Shown here in pieces: positions 50,801-62,600 of a stretch of 64,000 nt of DNA (its first letter is position 1; each line of letters opens with the position of its first letter). Location of the stretch: positions 13,064-77,063 of IMG/VR virus record IMGVR_UViG_3300029554_000003; one strand, 5' to 3'. Origin of the DNA: a virus (Duplodnaviria; Heunggongvirae; Uroviricota; Caudoviricetes). Made by a program: the position numbers and the translations under genes. The notes under the pieces were generated by a model. That model was not told where the DNA came from. It made no database searches and saw nothing but the letters and a program-made list of their open reading frames with translations.

Positions 50801-50856
50801 GCATTTTGAAATGTCGAAACCACAGGTGGATACAGTGTACTAACGACTGTTGCCAT
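47809..50856 (-). CDS. Large tail protein (FN3-like plus distal-tail-like region)
   Basis: D.TVES...YRY; TLGGKYP...NY..F.ISGLIS; WLNDG.PKL.RS. Confidence 0.65.
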   Translation of the reverse strand: MATVVSTLYPPVVSTFQNAFVNTEDAVVYFTLSSFNSASEIKHVHVSCVNQLNNENALNKLSGILIEDLQFDKVSGMYYVTIPTAYIEGNAFNTNQFYKVQIRFDSYNGTDEVPINDEAKKNSYLLSHTQYFSEWSSVCLIRPIHQPKIYLSVFENYTGNSYMTFNKGLTQIAGGLLFVTKNESGEEVVLNTETETLEAYQFDILDDSDKVLFSTPTIYTGENLNPNNIVYNIDFSSLKNSSDGSTSDPTSTYYVCRVTCRTKNQYQLSKEYKFQIGEYSGADEWQPTIVAEVDDETASIKVSVKNEYSFSDSISVYVRRASDKDNFKEWETIYSAKLQKVDFSIVDNTVESLTWYRYRVEALSSTGMSIAKPKMSKVVLPQFYDAYFSRGKEQYAVRYNYQVSNFKPVVNRAKIDTLGGKYPKFAENAVLNYKQFSISGLISAESDVYSEFADKTELIHHNNDTLKDLYSEYKDETGVKDLVRNDFKNWEKIGGNQYPNAPVSSITSQEYLTTTTNDWLYERAFREKLIAWLNDGEPKLYRSMAEGSMVVMLTDITLTPNETVGRRLWNFSATIYEVEDASSLDTLDTLGIYNRKMIGSISGNGKQDSEDEPKDYIEVIKPGQTYKFTVTNNNDIRNDINDLLSKKYSGVLTKRKAEEIVLKDIKIYYHSKPRYYTFQSGSDGLTEVTDKTNGVSQMIAEKRVQQGYYFGVMTRGSNGNHNIFVNERGYYQIPNKLDVIGLYFQIGDVITVEYTLCYKERSSSKEAVSSASVDRVVVGQERGIFKSNIYLGRKIRNKYNFIQMNGDVMISSKRMKYWKGICLDVTPYAVASIKYHNETEYKNYLVGGTGVLHMLRDVPVDDMCFLGIRMKQVNKTKYLQENEFRVDASLNDATINNFNWIRVIDSAETKDPVSVIQDNNPPQDSFVNAWNDIGERPVQVVKYMDVSEVKKPILNTVYNINGDLKIYYNYQWYNFAFGMIDNIENNNSTETIGIAFMPVEGMINYYGTVMTTNYQ

Positions 50857-50872
50857 ATTTCACTCTTCCTTT

Positions 50873-51130
50873 CTATTGGTTAGAAGAACTTGTGTCAATC
50901 CAAATGCCAACATGAGTATTAGCAGGCTGTGTTTTACCAGTATATACAAACGTTGTATTTTTCATGAAGTCCATGTAATTGTCGAAAAATTGGGCAAGAG
51001 AATAATTGCCTTTATCCCTACGCGTGTCCACTACATTTTCAAAGCCAACTCCAAATTCAGAGTAAGGCATGGTAAGTGAACCATCTTTGGCCTTTTGACC
51101 AACCTTTTTAACAAAGGATTTTACTGCCAT
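50873..51130 (-). CDS. Small tail protein
   Basis: Ends TQPANTHVGIWIDTS. Confidence 0.6.
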   Translation of the reverse strand: MAVKSFVKKVGQKAKDGSLTMPYSEFGVGFENVVDTRRDKGNYSLAQFFDNYMDFMKNTTFVYTGKTQPANTHVGIWIDTSSSNQ

Positions 51131-51387
51131 TATTTAACTTCCTTCTCCTTGGGAGTGGCTTTTTGCTCTACTTGATTGATTTCTTGCGCCTGCTGTTGAG
51201 CTTTGGCCGCAGTTTCCATATCAATAGCTCGCAACATTTCACCCTGAGCTAATGGATAAAGACCGACAAGAACAGAATTAAGAGCATCTACCATAACAGT
51301 AGCGCCAATTCCATTCTTTGCCATAAAATCGTAAATCATATCTTTTGCGAGAGCATGAACCCTCATACGTACTTCTAGTTCATTCAT
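51130..51387 (-). CDS. Hypothetical protein
   Basis: 85 aa, coupled to both neighbours. Confidence 0.6.
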   Translation of the reverse strand: MNELEVRMRVHALAKDMIYDFMAKNGIGATVMVDALNSVLVGLYPLAQGEMLRAIDMETAAKAQQQAQEINQVEQKATPKEKEVK

Positions 51388-54300
51388 ATCCTTTTATCTC
51401 CTTTTTAATCTTATACTTCTCATTTGAAGTGCTTGAAACATAACTACCACCAGTAGCTAAACCACTAACAAATAAATCAGTAGAGTTCTTACCATCAATA
51501 CGAACTTTGGTCATTGAGTAATTAACATTATGATAGTGATTCTTTTTAGCATAAGAACTATCGTGATTGTGATTTGCATTTGCCTTACCATCAGCTGTCC
51601 TTTGTGCCGCAGCAGCTTTATTTAAAGCATTTTGTACACCAGCGGCACGAGTATTTGCTTCATTAGTAATCTGTGTCTGTAAGTTATTTAATAAATCATA
51701 AATATAGCCTAAGTGCTCTGAAATCTTTGACGAACTTCTATTGGCTCCCATGCACCAATGTGCATAACCATTATTATAACAATATTCGTTACTATAATTC
51801 CAGCCATTGATACTACGTATATCTCGTTCAGCAGTAAGTGAGGTAGTTGATTGTGAATCTGGCGTACCTGTAAACACACCCCAATTTGAAACAACGCCAT
51901 GACCGATGCTAACATATGTTCGTTTACCGACATGTGGCACTTCATCATAATTAGATTGAATAGTACCAGTACCAGACCTGATATAAAAAGCACCATTACC
52001 GCCAGACTGTGGAACAAGACTAATGCTTACGCCACCTTGTGCTTCATTGTCCTTAATTGCAGTAGCAATTAACTTAATACCATTAGGCGAAGTATCGCTT
52101 ACGATATTAATTCCATTATTTGCCGCATTAAATTTAAGACCTTCACCAATGAGGGTAGTGTTTTGTCCTTTATTATCATTCAAAGTTAAGACGGCTTTGG
52201 CATTATTTGCACCAATAGTAAAAGTACCATCTTTATTGTTTGTGACAGAAGAGAAAGCCTTTGAATACATCAAATAGTCTTCCCCTGCTTTAATCTGAAA
52301 ATCTTTATCTGCGATATTTCTGATTGAATTGGTTGCATTTAATCTTAAATTACCGCCAATGGTATAAGTATAGTTATCATCTTTATCTGTCTTATCATCT
52401 TTTGGCGTTCCAATAGCAGAAAGAGTAAAATCACCAGTAGACATAGTAGTTTTTCTGTCTTTTGGACTCATAAACTCAAAATTATTATTTAGATATAAAA
52501 CCGATGTTTTCATCTTTCCATCTGTTGTATCGTCTGCCGCAGATAACGCAGATAATCTTAAATAAGAATTTTCATGACCAATAATTGCCTGTTCTGAATC
52601 TATATGCAGTCTATGTGTTGAGCTACCTGTTGATTCCTTGCCTAAGTCTGGCGCATAAAGGCTAACATGCTTACCGTATACATTGAAACCTCTTGGGTAT
52701 TCATTGTTGACATTAGTACCAGTAGAAAGATATAAATCAGTTGTCTCTTTTTCAGTATTTTTAACCGTGCCATCAACAAAGAATTTAAACAGGTTAGTAT
52801 CTGCCCAACCAAACTGTGCGCCAATATACTTAGCATCGAGCGCGCGTTTACCAAAGGCACCAACTTTGCCAATGCCCATTGAAGACTCTTGGTCTTGAAT
52901 GGCATTTGTATAGAATTGACCAAACTGATTGATGCCGACTAGCGGATAACGATGCCACTTGTTGTCTTTCTTATAATGCCTATAGATTGAGAATGTTGAA
53001 TCTTTACGAGGGTCAATTTCTACCTCAAGACTATCACCTTCAGCAAGTGCTGCATTCGCACCATCAAATGCAATGTTTGAATTTTGCTTAGTAAGCGGTT
53101 TGCCTTTAACTGAAATATAAGCAGGATTAGCTCCTAAGATAAGACCTTGCTTATCTGATGGAATTGAAAACTGAGAATCCTTTACAGGATAATCAGCATA
53201 TGGTCTATCTACAGTTGCTTCTGTGAAATTACCTTCTTCATCAACTTCTGCATTTGCAATGTTGTATAATGCACGAGAACCGATTCTCCATGCACCAATA
53301 TAGCTTTCTCCACCCGGTACTAGTTTAATGCGGCCTTCCTCGAAATGATTATTTTGCGATGCCTGCTGTTCTGGCAAACCAAAAGTAGCAGAACCATCTT
53401 TTGCGTCTAAGAAGATAGATTGCTTACCTTCTGAGAAACCCATTAAACCAATCTGAGACTTATCAGAATCATAAGTCTTAGAAGTTCCCATAACAACACC
53501 AGTGAATTGATTGTTTTTATTCTTTTCACCAGCACCAATTTGCGGCGCAAGGATGTAATTTTCATCTTCATTGATTTCTAGATGTGTTCCATCCCAGTCA
53601 TTTAGTGATTTAAGACCGTAAGTATTCAGTGACATATAAATAGGAATATATAGCTCTACAACAGGATTGGCCGCATCTGCTGACGTATAGACTTTACAAT
53701 GAACTAAATTGTTTCCATATTCACCATCATATACATCATTTGGGAGGATATAGACTTGACTTAATCCTTTTGTGCGGACTGTCTTTTGTACACCATCAGA
53801 TGTATTCTTTTCTATAATAATTTTAAAACAAGCGCTTAATGGATTCTCGTCATATGTTTGACCAGTCTTTGAAGGTTCACCGCCCTCTGCTATCCATTCA
53901 ATGAATAAGTCTTCAATACCAGAACCAATAAGTGTAACACCTTGATTCTTATTATATAACGGATTACGTCCATCTGCGTTATAAGTAATAGACTTTAGAA
54001 GAGAAGTCTTATCAATTTGGATGTCATTATCGGCATATTTTTTAATCACTGGGATACCATAAAAAGCATAATATTTATATGAAGAATCTCCAACGGTATA
54101 AGTTGTTTGAGCCTTTACAATTTGGTTCATAAACTTACGTTTGGTCGCGTCAGTTGTATTCCAAGAGACAACACCATTGTTACAGCTCATATATTTACTT
54201 TGACCGTAACCCATATACCAAGAAACAGTAGAGTCATCATTTATTTTTTCATTACGTTGATAGAGCTGGAACTGTAAAACTTGTTGCGAGATTGCCTGTC

Positions 54301-56539
54301 CTGTATTCCACACAACTTTATTATTCTTGTCGATAATAAGCGCAAGCATTTTATTCTTTAGACTCTTGGAAGTAGGAGAAATCTTAGCAACAATATCTGT
54401 ACCATTCGTACCATTTTCTCCAACCTTTGTGAACAGAAAATCAGTCATTTGACTATATGTAACGCCTTGATATGTTACAATAGCTTCAATCTGATTTGAC
54501 ACTGCGGAATAATCGAAGTTTGCGGCAATTGCCATAGGATAAATCTGCGATGTACAATACTCGATTTTCTGATTAGACTGATTGAGTACCATTCCTTCTT
54601 TTGGAATTGTAATCATTGAGTCTGTTAATGGTACTCGCCATTTAATATCATATGTATCTTTATTGACTTCAAGGCCAGCAGGGTCGAAGAAATGGCAAGT
54701 AAGTGGTTTAACCTCTAATGGGTCTTCGTATCTATCATCGTCAGGAGATACACCAGATTCGCTATACTGGAATACTTGGTCACCATTTTCAATAGTGATA
54801 TAATAATCGGTAGGGTCTGCGGCAGTTGCGTTCTTTAGAGTAAGTGTTGCAACACCGATATTATATTCAATATCTTCTACAGATTTATCTTTTGAAGGTT
54901 CCCTATCGCGCAAATAGACAGCGCATTTGAAAGTAGCCTTAGAGTCAATACCTTTCACTGGATAAGTGAGTGTATTTTTATCCCATGAGACACCTTCGAG
55001 CGCATTCATTTGATTTTTCAAAGCTGACAGATTATTATATCCAATACCCTGTTTTATACCATCTTCATAACGAGCTTTAAGCTCTTCTACCGTTTCAATG
55101 AAAGATAACGTCTGACCATAATCGTCAACTTTAGACCAAACAAATCTAAAGAAATTATCTGGATGCCCATTTGCTTTACCAGTTTCAAAGTCAGAAGATT
55201 TACCATCCAAAAGACAAGTTAAAGTAGGTTCGCCACGGTCAAAACTAAAACTGACTCCAAGAGAAGAAATAATTTCAATGTCACGTTTTGCTGCTTCATT
55301 ATATAGCGTGAAATAGTCCTTTAAAACCATTTGTTCTTTATAAACGCAAACGCACATATATTTATTTTCATAGGCACGATTCTCTGCACCAGTAGTAACA
55401 AAGCTATATTTATTACCTTTGGCTTCAAGATAAGACCAACCAGCTCCACCGTACATCTTATAATCTTTAGAACTTGCGGTCACTCGTCCATCTTCTTTGA
55501 ACCAGTAAAACATTGCATCGCCTGAAAGGTCTTCATTCTTGTGACGAAGAGTGCTGACAACGCTTAAAGAAGAGTTTTCAGTTAAGTCTCTAAGAGTTGA
55601 GCCTTTCGGCATAGACAGGTGCATTTGGTAATCACCATTTGCCGCACTGATTTTTCTAAGGCCATAAAATTCAACATCTTTAATAAAAATATCATCGCCC
55701 CAGCCAATCGGTCTGTCCTGTGATTGGATTGGGTCAGTAGTTTCTACAAAATCTTTACAATAGAAAATAATCTGGTCGATATATAAGAAATTCTCAACGT
55801 CTACTGGAAAAATCTGATATTGGTCAAAATAGCTTTGATATTGAAGCGGCGAACCAGTCATGCTATTACTGTCAATAGTATACGATAGCTTTTTAACTAA
55901 CGCCTGACCTTTATCGTCTGTGGCATCTCCGTCTTTAAAAGCTAAGATAAAAGTAATACCATACTCACCAGTCTTTGTAAGTTTGTGCTCTCGCGGCAGA
56001 GATGTGCGGAAAGACGCTTCAATTAGCACCGCTTCGGCCTGTTTAATATTATTCTCTAACTCTTGGGTGTCAATAGATAGAAACTTAGGTTTAGAGCCGC
56101 TTACATCTTCATCTTTCTTATATAGAACTTTATAATCTTCTTTTTTATAAGAACGAAGTCCCGCAGGCGTGACTTTATTTTTATCACTAAGGCAATTGCG
56201 GCCAATGAGATTATAATTACTAATAGCTGAAGATACAAAGCTAATATTGTTATCATCTTCTGCTGCCTGCGCAACACCTACGATATTCTTTTTCTTGGTG
56301 AAATCACCTTCTGGGATAAGGACATACACTGATTGACCTTGAGTATATGTATTTCCTTCTTGGGCATATGCTTTTAGTTTGCCACCATTATAGGAAACGA
56401 GATATTCACCTGTAAGTGAATTAGTACAGCCAGCGACAGTGGCGGTAACTGTTTTATCCGTAGCTATCTGTTCTATTCTATTGGATACAATTGTATCCAC
56501 AGCTTCAAGAACAACGTCTTGTAGATTCGCCATTGTCAA
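51380..56539 (-). CDS. Large tail tip/central spike-like protein
   Basis: 1719 aa directly after tape measure; N-terminal OB-like region, beta-rich C-terminus, terminal coiled coil. Confidence 0.65.
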   Translation of the reverse strand: MTMANLQDVVLEAVDTIVSNRIEQIATDKTVTATVAGCTNSLTGEYLVSYNGGKLKAYAQEGNTYTQGQSVYVLIPEGDFTKKKNIVGVAQAAEDDNNISFVSSAISNYNLIGRNCLSDKNKVTPAGLRSYKKEDYKVLYKKDEDVSGSKPKFLSIDTQELENNIKQAEAVLIEASFRTSLPREHKLTKTGEYGITFILAFKDGDATDDKGQALVKKLSYTIDSNSMTGSPLQYQSYFDQYQIFPVDVENFLYIDQIIFYCKDFVETTDPIQSQDRPIGWGDDIFIKDVEFYGLRKISAANGDYQMHLSMPKGSTLRDLTENSSLSVVSTLRHKNEDLSGDAMFYWFKEDGRVTASSKDYKMYGGAGWSYLEAKGNKYSFVTTGAENRAYENKYMCVCVYKEQMVLKDYFTLYNEAAKRDIEIISSLGVSFSFDRGEPTLTCLLDGKSSDFETGKANGHPDNFFRFVWSKVDDYGQTLSFIETVEELKARYEDGIKQGIGYNNLSALKNQMNALEGVSWDKNTLTYPVKGIDSKATFKCAVYLRDREPSKDKSVEDIEYNIGVATLTLKNATAADPTDYYITIENGDQVFQYSESGVSPDDDRYEDPLEVKPLTCHFFDPAGLEVNKDTYDIKWRVPLTDSMITIPKEGMVLNQSNQKIEYCTSQIYPMAIAANFDYSAVSNQIEAIVTYQGVTYSQMTDFLFTKVGENGTNGTDIVAKISPTSKSLKNKMLALIIDKNNKVVWNTGQAISQQVLQFQLYQRNEKINDDSTVSWYMGYGQSKYMSCNNGVVSWNTTDATKRKFMNQIVKAQTTYTVGDSSYKYYAFYGIPVIKKYADNDIQIDKTSLLKSITYNADGRNPLYNKNQGVTLIGSGIEDLFIEWIAEGGEPSKTGQTYDENPLSACFKIIIEKNTSDGVQKTVRTKGLSQVYILPNDVYDGEYGNNLVHCKVYTSADAANPVVELYIPIYMSLNTYGLKSLNDWDGTHLEINEDENYILAPQIGAGEKNKNNQFTGVVMGTSKTYDSDKSQIGLMGFSEGKQSIFLDAKDGSATFGLPEQQASQNNHFEEGRIKLVPGGESYIGAWRIGSRALYNIANAEVDEEGNFTEATVDRPYADYPVKDSQFSIPSDKQGLILGANPAYISVKGKPLTKQNSNIAFDGANAALAEGDSLEVEIDPRKDSTFSIYRHYKKDNKWHRYPLVGINQFGQFYTNAIQDQESSMGIGKVGAFGKRALDAKYIGAQFGWADTNLFKFFVDGTVKNTEKETTDLYLSTGTNVNNEYPRGFNVYGKHVSLYAPDLGKESTGSSTHRLHIDSEQAIIGHENSYLRLSALSAADDTTDGKMKTSVLYLNNNFEFMSPKDRKTTMSTGDFTLSAIGTPKDDKTDKDDNYTYTIGGNLRLNATNSIRNIADKDFQIKAGEDYLMYSKAFSSVTNNKDGTFTIGANNAKAVLTLNDNKGQNTTLIGEGLKFNAANNGINIVSDTSPNGIKLIATAIKDNEAQGGVSISLVPQSGGNGAFYIRSGTGTIQSNYDEVPHVGKRTYVSIGHGVVSNWGVFTGTPDSQSTTSLTAERDIRSINGWNYSNEYCYNNGYAHWCMGANRSSSKISEHLGYIYDLLNNLQTQITNEANTRAAGVQNALNKAAAAQRTADGKANANHNHDSSYAKKNHYHNVNYSMTKVRIDGKNSTDLFVSGLATGGSYVSSTSNEKYKIKKEIKGYE

Positions 56540-56559
56540 CTCTCCTTTTCAATCCAAAT

Positions 56560-56591
56560 AAAAAACGGGAGAACATAAAGTTCTCCCGTTT
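56560..56591 (-). terminator. Intrinsic terminator after tape measure
   Basis: AAACGGGAGAAC-TTTAT-GTTCTCCCGTTTTTT. Confidence 0.8.
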
Positions 56592-56654
56592 ATAAAATTA
56601 TGCTCTAAGACATATCAAAACCACAAATATTCGATTATAAAATTTTGCCCATGT

Positions 56655-59600
56655 TTATCTGAACTTATAAGCGTATTGAACGGCTCTATCATTCAGAGAC
56701 ATTAGTGCAGATTCAATTTCTGCCGCACTATTCGCAGCTGGGAATTCAGCCGTGATATGTACGTTTTGGTCAATTGTCTCGGATGCGTTATTCGCTCTCG
56801 CACCACTCACCGCTCCAAGAGCAGTAGAAAGTGATTGCGCAAGACTTGTAGATTTAAGGCTGTCCGCAAAAGACCTTACGGATTCAACTGCCGCAAGAAT
56901 ATTTTGCGTATCTGTAGCATTAAGAACAAGTTCCTTCTGGTGCAGAACTGCTAGTTTGCCATTTTTGGCATCTGCGGTTTTATCAGACCAAGAACCAGTA
57001 TAGCCGCCTGTATCATAGCCGATTAGATTCTTGGAACTATATTTCATAGAACCATAATCAACAAGTTTACCAGACCTAGAATATTGGTTGATAATATCCT
57101 GAACGTGGCGGGCAAAAGCGGTGCCATATGCGCCAGTCAGCTTGCTAGAACGTACAGGGTCATTGCCCCAGCCAGAAGCCCAACCATAAGTCCAAATTGC
57201 CTTGGCAATGCCCCAAGCGGTATCTTCATTGGCGCCGGCTCCACCGCCGCCACCGCCAGATGAAGGGCCGTTAGCGTTACCATAGTGTTCATAGTTGTAA
57301 TTCTTTTGTTCAGCCTGCTTTAGAGCTTCGCTTAGATTGGCGTTCTCTTGTTCTTTCTTAGACAGCTTGTTTGCAGTTTCATCAGCGAGTTGCTTGAATG
57401 CCTGCATATTGTTGTTAGCATCTGTAATACGATTGGCGTAATCAGTCATCGTAGATTCGGTCTTTTTGACCTCGCCAGATACATCTTTAAGGATGTTGAC
57501 GAATTCTTTTGTGCTATCCGCAAGTTCTTTTGTCTTATCAGTTGTGCCGCTAATACTATTGGAAATATCATCAAAATTAGTCTTTGCTAGGTCAGCGATA
57601 GTCTTTGTACCATCCGCATAATCTTTGCCAGCTTGCGTCAAATCGCCAAGCATCTTATCTGTATCGGCTTTGAACTGGTCCATATTCTGTAACCAAGAGG
57701 TCAAAGAAGTAGACCAACGAGTGTCAATCTGGTCAAAAGCATCAGTGCTGCCATTAACAATCTGGTCATACACGTCTTGCAGATTGTCTTTATTTTCGCC
57801 AGTTAGCATGTCGCACATGCCGATGAAGTCATTAATAATGTTTTTCTGGGACGTGCTTAGCTGTTCGCTGGTTCCCGCAAGATATTCCTTGAGCGAGTCA
57901 ATGATTGCCTGCGTTCTCTTGGTTTTCTCTTCAAGAGATAGATTAGCATTATTCCAAATGTCATTGACTGTAGATTGAGCATCCTGTAGCGCAGATAGTG
58001 AATCTGCCTGAGTCTGTTTCATCTGGTCTTTAGACATATTATATGCGTTGTTCTGTGCATCTAGAAGGTCAGATTGTGCGGAACGTACATTATCATCGTT
58101 CGCTGTATAGACATATGAATAATTACCCTGAGTATCCCTGCGAAGTTTCATTTGAGACTTATTGCGCTGAGCTTCTTCAAGCGCAATTTGTTTCTGTAAG
58201 ATTTCAAGCTGTGCGTTTGCATAGTTTACATCATATTCAGATAGCTTAGTCTTGTCGCGCAAATATTCAAGCTGTTCTTTCATTTGCGCTGAAATCTTCT
58301 GCTGGATAGCTAAATCATTTGAACCATCCAAGAGGTCAAGATACTTACTCTGTAGCTTTTGGATGTTATAGGATTTATTAACATCATCGAGATAATAGTC
58401 AGCATTGCGATTGATTAGCTCCCACTGTGTATTCATCCAATCAAGGTCAGTGCCGACAGCTTTGGTTCCCCATGCTTTAGTAATCTTTGAAACTGTATTT
58501 GAATACTGCTTCTGTAGATTCTCTAAAGAGTTTTGAATAAGGTCGTTAATGTCGGAAGTAGCATCTTTAATCTTGTCAGATACTTCATTCCACTCTTCCG
58601 AACCTTCTTTCATGGAGCCAAGCATATCTTTCCAAATATCACGCTGCTGCATTAATTCATTCAGCTGTGCTTTATAATTGTTCTGCTGTGCGCCAAGGAT
58701 GGTATTTAAATCATCATAAGATTCTTCGCCATGAAGCATCTCAGTGATGTCTAACCAATGCTCAAGTTCATCAGTAATAGCTTCGTACTGGTCTTTACGC
58801 CTATCCATCTTATCGCTAATATCATCAATCATATCCATGACGTTATCATGGAGATTTTCAATCAATGACCAATAGTCCTGAGCAAGTCCTGCGGCCTGTT
58901 CGTATACTGTCTTAGCTACGTCATAGAGGTCTGCGGAATTCTCACCGAAAATATCAGATTTACCAGTCTCTTCAAACTGCTTCATCTGAGCGTTAATATC
59001 AGTTAGATTCTTCATAGACATATCGAAATAACCAGTGCCGTAGTAGTCTACACTCTTGTCACCATTGAGCGCACGCTGCTTAGCAGCTTTTAGTTCGTCT
59101 ACGCGACCTGCTGACCATTTCTTATATGCGTCAGATGTACCTGCGGCATTTGCTGCATCCTCTTGTTTCTTGATAAGATTGTCATAATATTCATCAACAC
59201 TCATGGTAGCAACGTCAAAGTATTTGCCGAGCTTGGCTACATTATCTGCTGCTTCTTGATAAGGTGTTAGCTTGATACCACGATTGAACGCACGGTCAAA
59301 ATCAACGAGACTTTCTTGAATATCTTTCAGATTATCAAGAGCTTCGATTTGGGTCTTAAAAATATTAATACGCAAGTCTTCAATTTCATCATTGAGGTCT
59401 TCAATCTGCTGGATTGTATCTCTCAAATCGCTTGAAATCAAAGTATCATAGCGCTGATACAGTGTCTTAAATTTGTCAAGATTGTCATTGGCAGCATCAA
59501 TTTGGTCGTTAATAGCATCTTGCGCTTCTTCTGTACCAGCTGCATTATATTGACCGATAAGATTATTGACGTTATCAATCAAACCTTGATGAATTTTTGC

Positions 59601-62600
59601 ATAGTTAGAGATATAACCCTCAGCATCAAATTGAATACCATATCCAGATAGCTTAGATTGAAGTTCATTCATTTCATCATTCTGAATACTTAACTTTTCT
59701 TTCTGTAAGTCAATTTGACGTTTCAAAAGTGAAGTCTGTTTAGAAAGATTCTCAACTAACTTATCACCAGTTAAGCGCTCCTGCTCTTTATTGATACGCT
59801 CATAGTCATTTGCAATTGCGTCAAGAAGTGTATTAACACGTTCATAACGGTCAATTTCATCATCAAGAGCTTCTTTTGTATCTGGAGTGAAGGAGCTACC
59901 GCCACCTCCACCACCGCCTCCTCCACCGCCTGAGCCAGACGAAGGAAGTCCGAAGTTGGATGGTGACGCAGCGCCACCAACACCAGAAGGCGCCCAGTTT
60001 TTAAGGCTAGGAGTTGAAGACCCAAAGAGTGAGCTTAAACCTTTTGCAAGTTGCTTAGAATGTTCCTTAACAGACGCTTGTGAGCCAGCATTCGCGGCTG
60101 CCCAATATGTTTTGCCAGTATTTTTATTGTAATACTGTTCCATGACTGCACCGTTTTTGGCTGTTTTCGTTCTGCCAGTAGCAGTAGAATTTTTACGCGC
60201 GCCGCCACCGCCACCAGAATTATCAGAACCCTTAATATGCATCTTAAACTTTGGAACTGTAACATAACCTACATGGTCTGTAGTACCTTTTTCTGTATCA
60301 GTGGAGGTAATTTCTTTCTTTTCTGAACCTGCATCATCAACAGAGCTGGTAACGTCACCATCAATGGCACCAAACATTGCCATAATATCTGTAATGATAC
60401 CAGAAATACCACTAGCCATATCAGAAACAGCGCCCTCAGTTTCAGACATGGTTCCTTGCATTGCAGCGCCAGCAACTTCGGTATTAGCCATCATAGCTTC
60501 TGCTAAGCCTTGACCAGTGGTAAGCATTGCATACGCCTGCTCTTGGGTCATAGCACCAGTAGCGGCAATTGAAGCAGCTGTATTTTGTGCAGCATCAGCA
60601 TTTGTCTTATAGAAAGTTGTCATTGAACTGGCTAAGCCAGAAATAGTATCAGCATATTGAGCTTTAATGCCACCCATTTCATTAGTGGCATCTGCGGCAA
60701 CTTTACCAGTATCATCAAATACTTCATTGATTTTCTTAAAATTATCCGTAACAAAATTATTAAAATCGGCAGCAGCATCAAGTTTCTTCATCTGATTAGA
60801 TAAATTCTTAATTTGGTTTGCGGCTTTTCTTTGAGATTTTGTCATTGAATTTGTGAGTTTAGAAATATCCTCAGTGTTTTCAATTTGTTCGACTTGTTCA
60901 TCAGTTAAACCGCTAGTTGCCTGTTCCATTTTAATAGATTGCTTTGCGGCTTTACTCATGGTTTGAGCATATTGCGTGACATTCATTTTACCGCTCTTGA
61001 ACTGCTTATTAGCTTGCTGTAGGCCAGTATACAATTCATTTGTCATAATCTGAGCGAAATTAGAAATGTCATCATCATTTAATACATCAGAAAGTTTTTG
61101 GCCGCTATTAACAGCATTATCAATTTTGCTTGCTAAAGTATCAAAACCAGAATTTAACCTATCTAAGAAATCAGTATTTGAAATAGTTCCATTAGTAAGC
61201 AAATCATTAAGCTGCTGTATTTCTTGAAGTGGCTGTTGTAAATCAAGATTATTACCAGAAAGATTCTGATATGCTGCAAGAATATCTGTGTTAGCTTGAG
61301 ACATATTGACAGCTTCGCCAGTGGCTTCTTTCATCGCAGCGGTCTGTTCACGAGTTTTTTGTGTCCATTGTTCAACCGCACGCTGATTTAGCTGATACTG
61401 ATTGCCAACTTTCTGTAAGAATTCAACATATTCAGGATGTTCTACCATAATGTTAGCAGCTTCATCTTCTGTAAAGCCACCATTCTTTTGATAAGCGGTC
61501 TGATAATCTTCAAGGACGTCTTTCATTGAAGATTTACTTTTAGCCGCACTCTCTAGGTTATCAATTAAAATATCAGAACTTAGTCCAGCCATAACAGAAT
61601 TTTGAACATCGTCTTTGCCGCCTTGCATGGCAGAAACAAGTCCATCTATATATTCTTGTCCAGCTTCTTTTCCAAGAGACTCATACTTAGCTTTAATGGC
61701 TTCATTGTCTAGTAAAGAATCTTCAATTTCTTTCTTAGATTTATTAACAAAATCACTCTTATTTAAGCCGTCTTCTGCGGCACTAGCCATATTGTCAATA
61801 ATGGTTTTTGCATTAGCGACATTTTCATCATTTAAATAATCCTGAGCATCAGAAACATGTTGTTTTGCTTCGTCTAGCTTTGACTTTGTATGTTCATACA
61901 TGACATCGTCTTTGCTCATGCTATTAAGTTTTTTCTGATACTTATCTACTTCTTTTTGAGCTTTAGCAGATGCTTCTGTAACATTACCGATTTTCTCTTG
62001 GATAGATAATCCGCTAGTGTCTTGACCAATCCAATTTGTAGTTAAACCAGCTTGACTACTTAAAAAGTCATTCTCATATGCAATTCTAGCAGCATTATTA
62101 ACAAAAGGCGTATAAGTAGAAGCACCTTTATCTAATGCAGTTAGAGCTTGTTTACCTTGAGACGCAGCTAACTCTTTAGATGCTGTACTAGCTTTATTAA
62201 TTTTTTCAGCTAAAGTATCAAAGTCTCCTGAATTCTCAAGAGCCTTACCGCCTGCAATATCAAGAGAATTAATTAAAGTATCAGTAGAATTCTTTAATTC
62301 ATCAGTAACTTCACCAGTCTGTTTATAAGAAGCATATGCCGCATCAAAAGAAGAGGTGTCAACAGACGCAGTTTGCTGAGTATTTGTATATGTTTCAACT
62401 TGTTTATCTCTTGCAGCTTGATTCTTTTGGTGAAGGAAATTAAGTAAAGCGCCACCAGCAGCCGCAATTCCAATTGTTGCCATACCAAGAGGACTGCTTA
62501 GACCTTCAATAAGCGCTTTAAATACTTGAAGACCAGCAGATGCAATTTTAGCTCCTGCGCCAAAAGCCTTAAACTTAATGGTGGTCGCTGTAAGTCCGTT

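Noticed and set aside
59895..59940. GGN repeat as a microsatellite switch
   Set aside because: In-frame poly-Gly linker of the tape measure with mixed codons.
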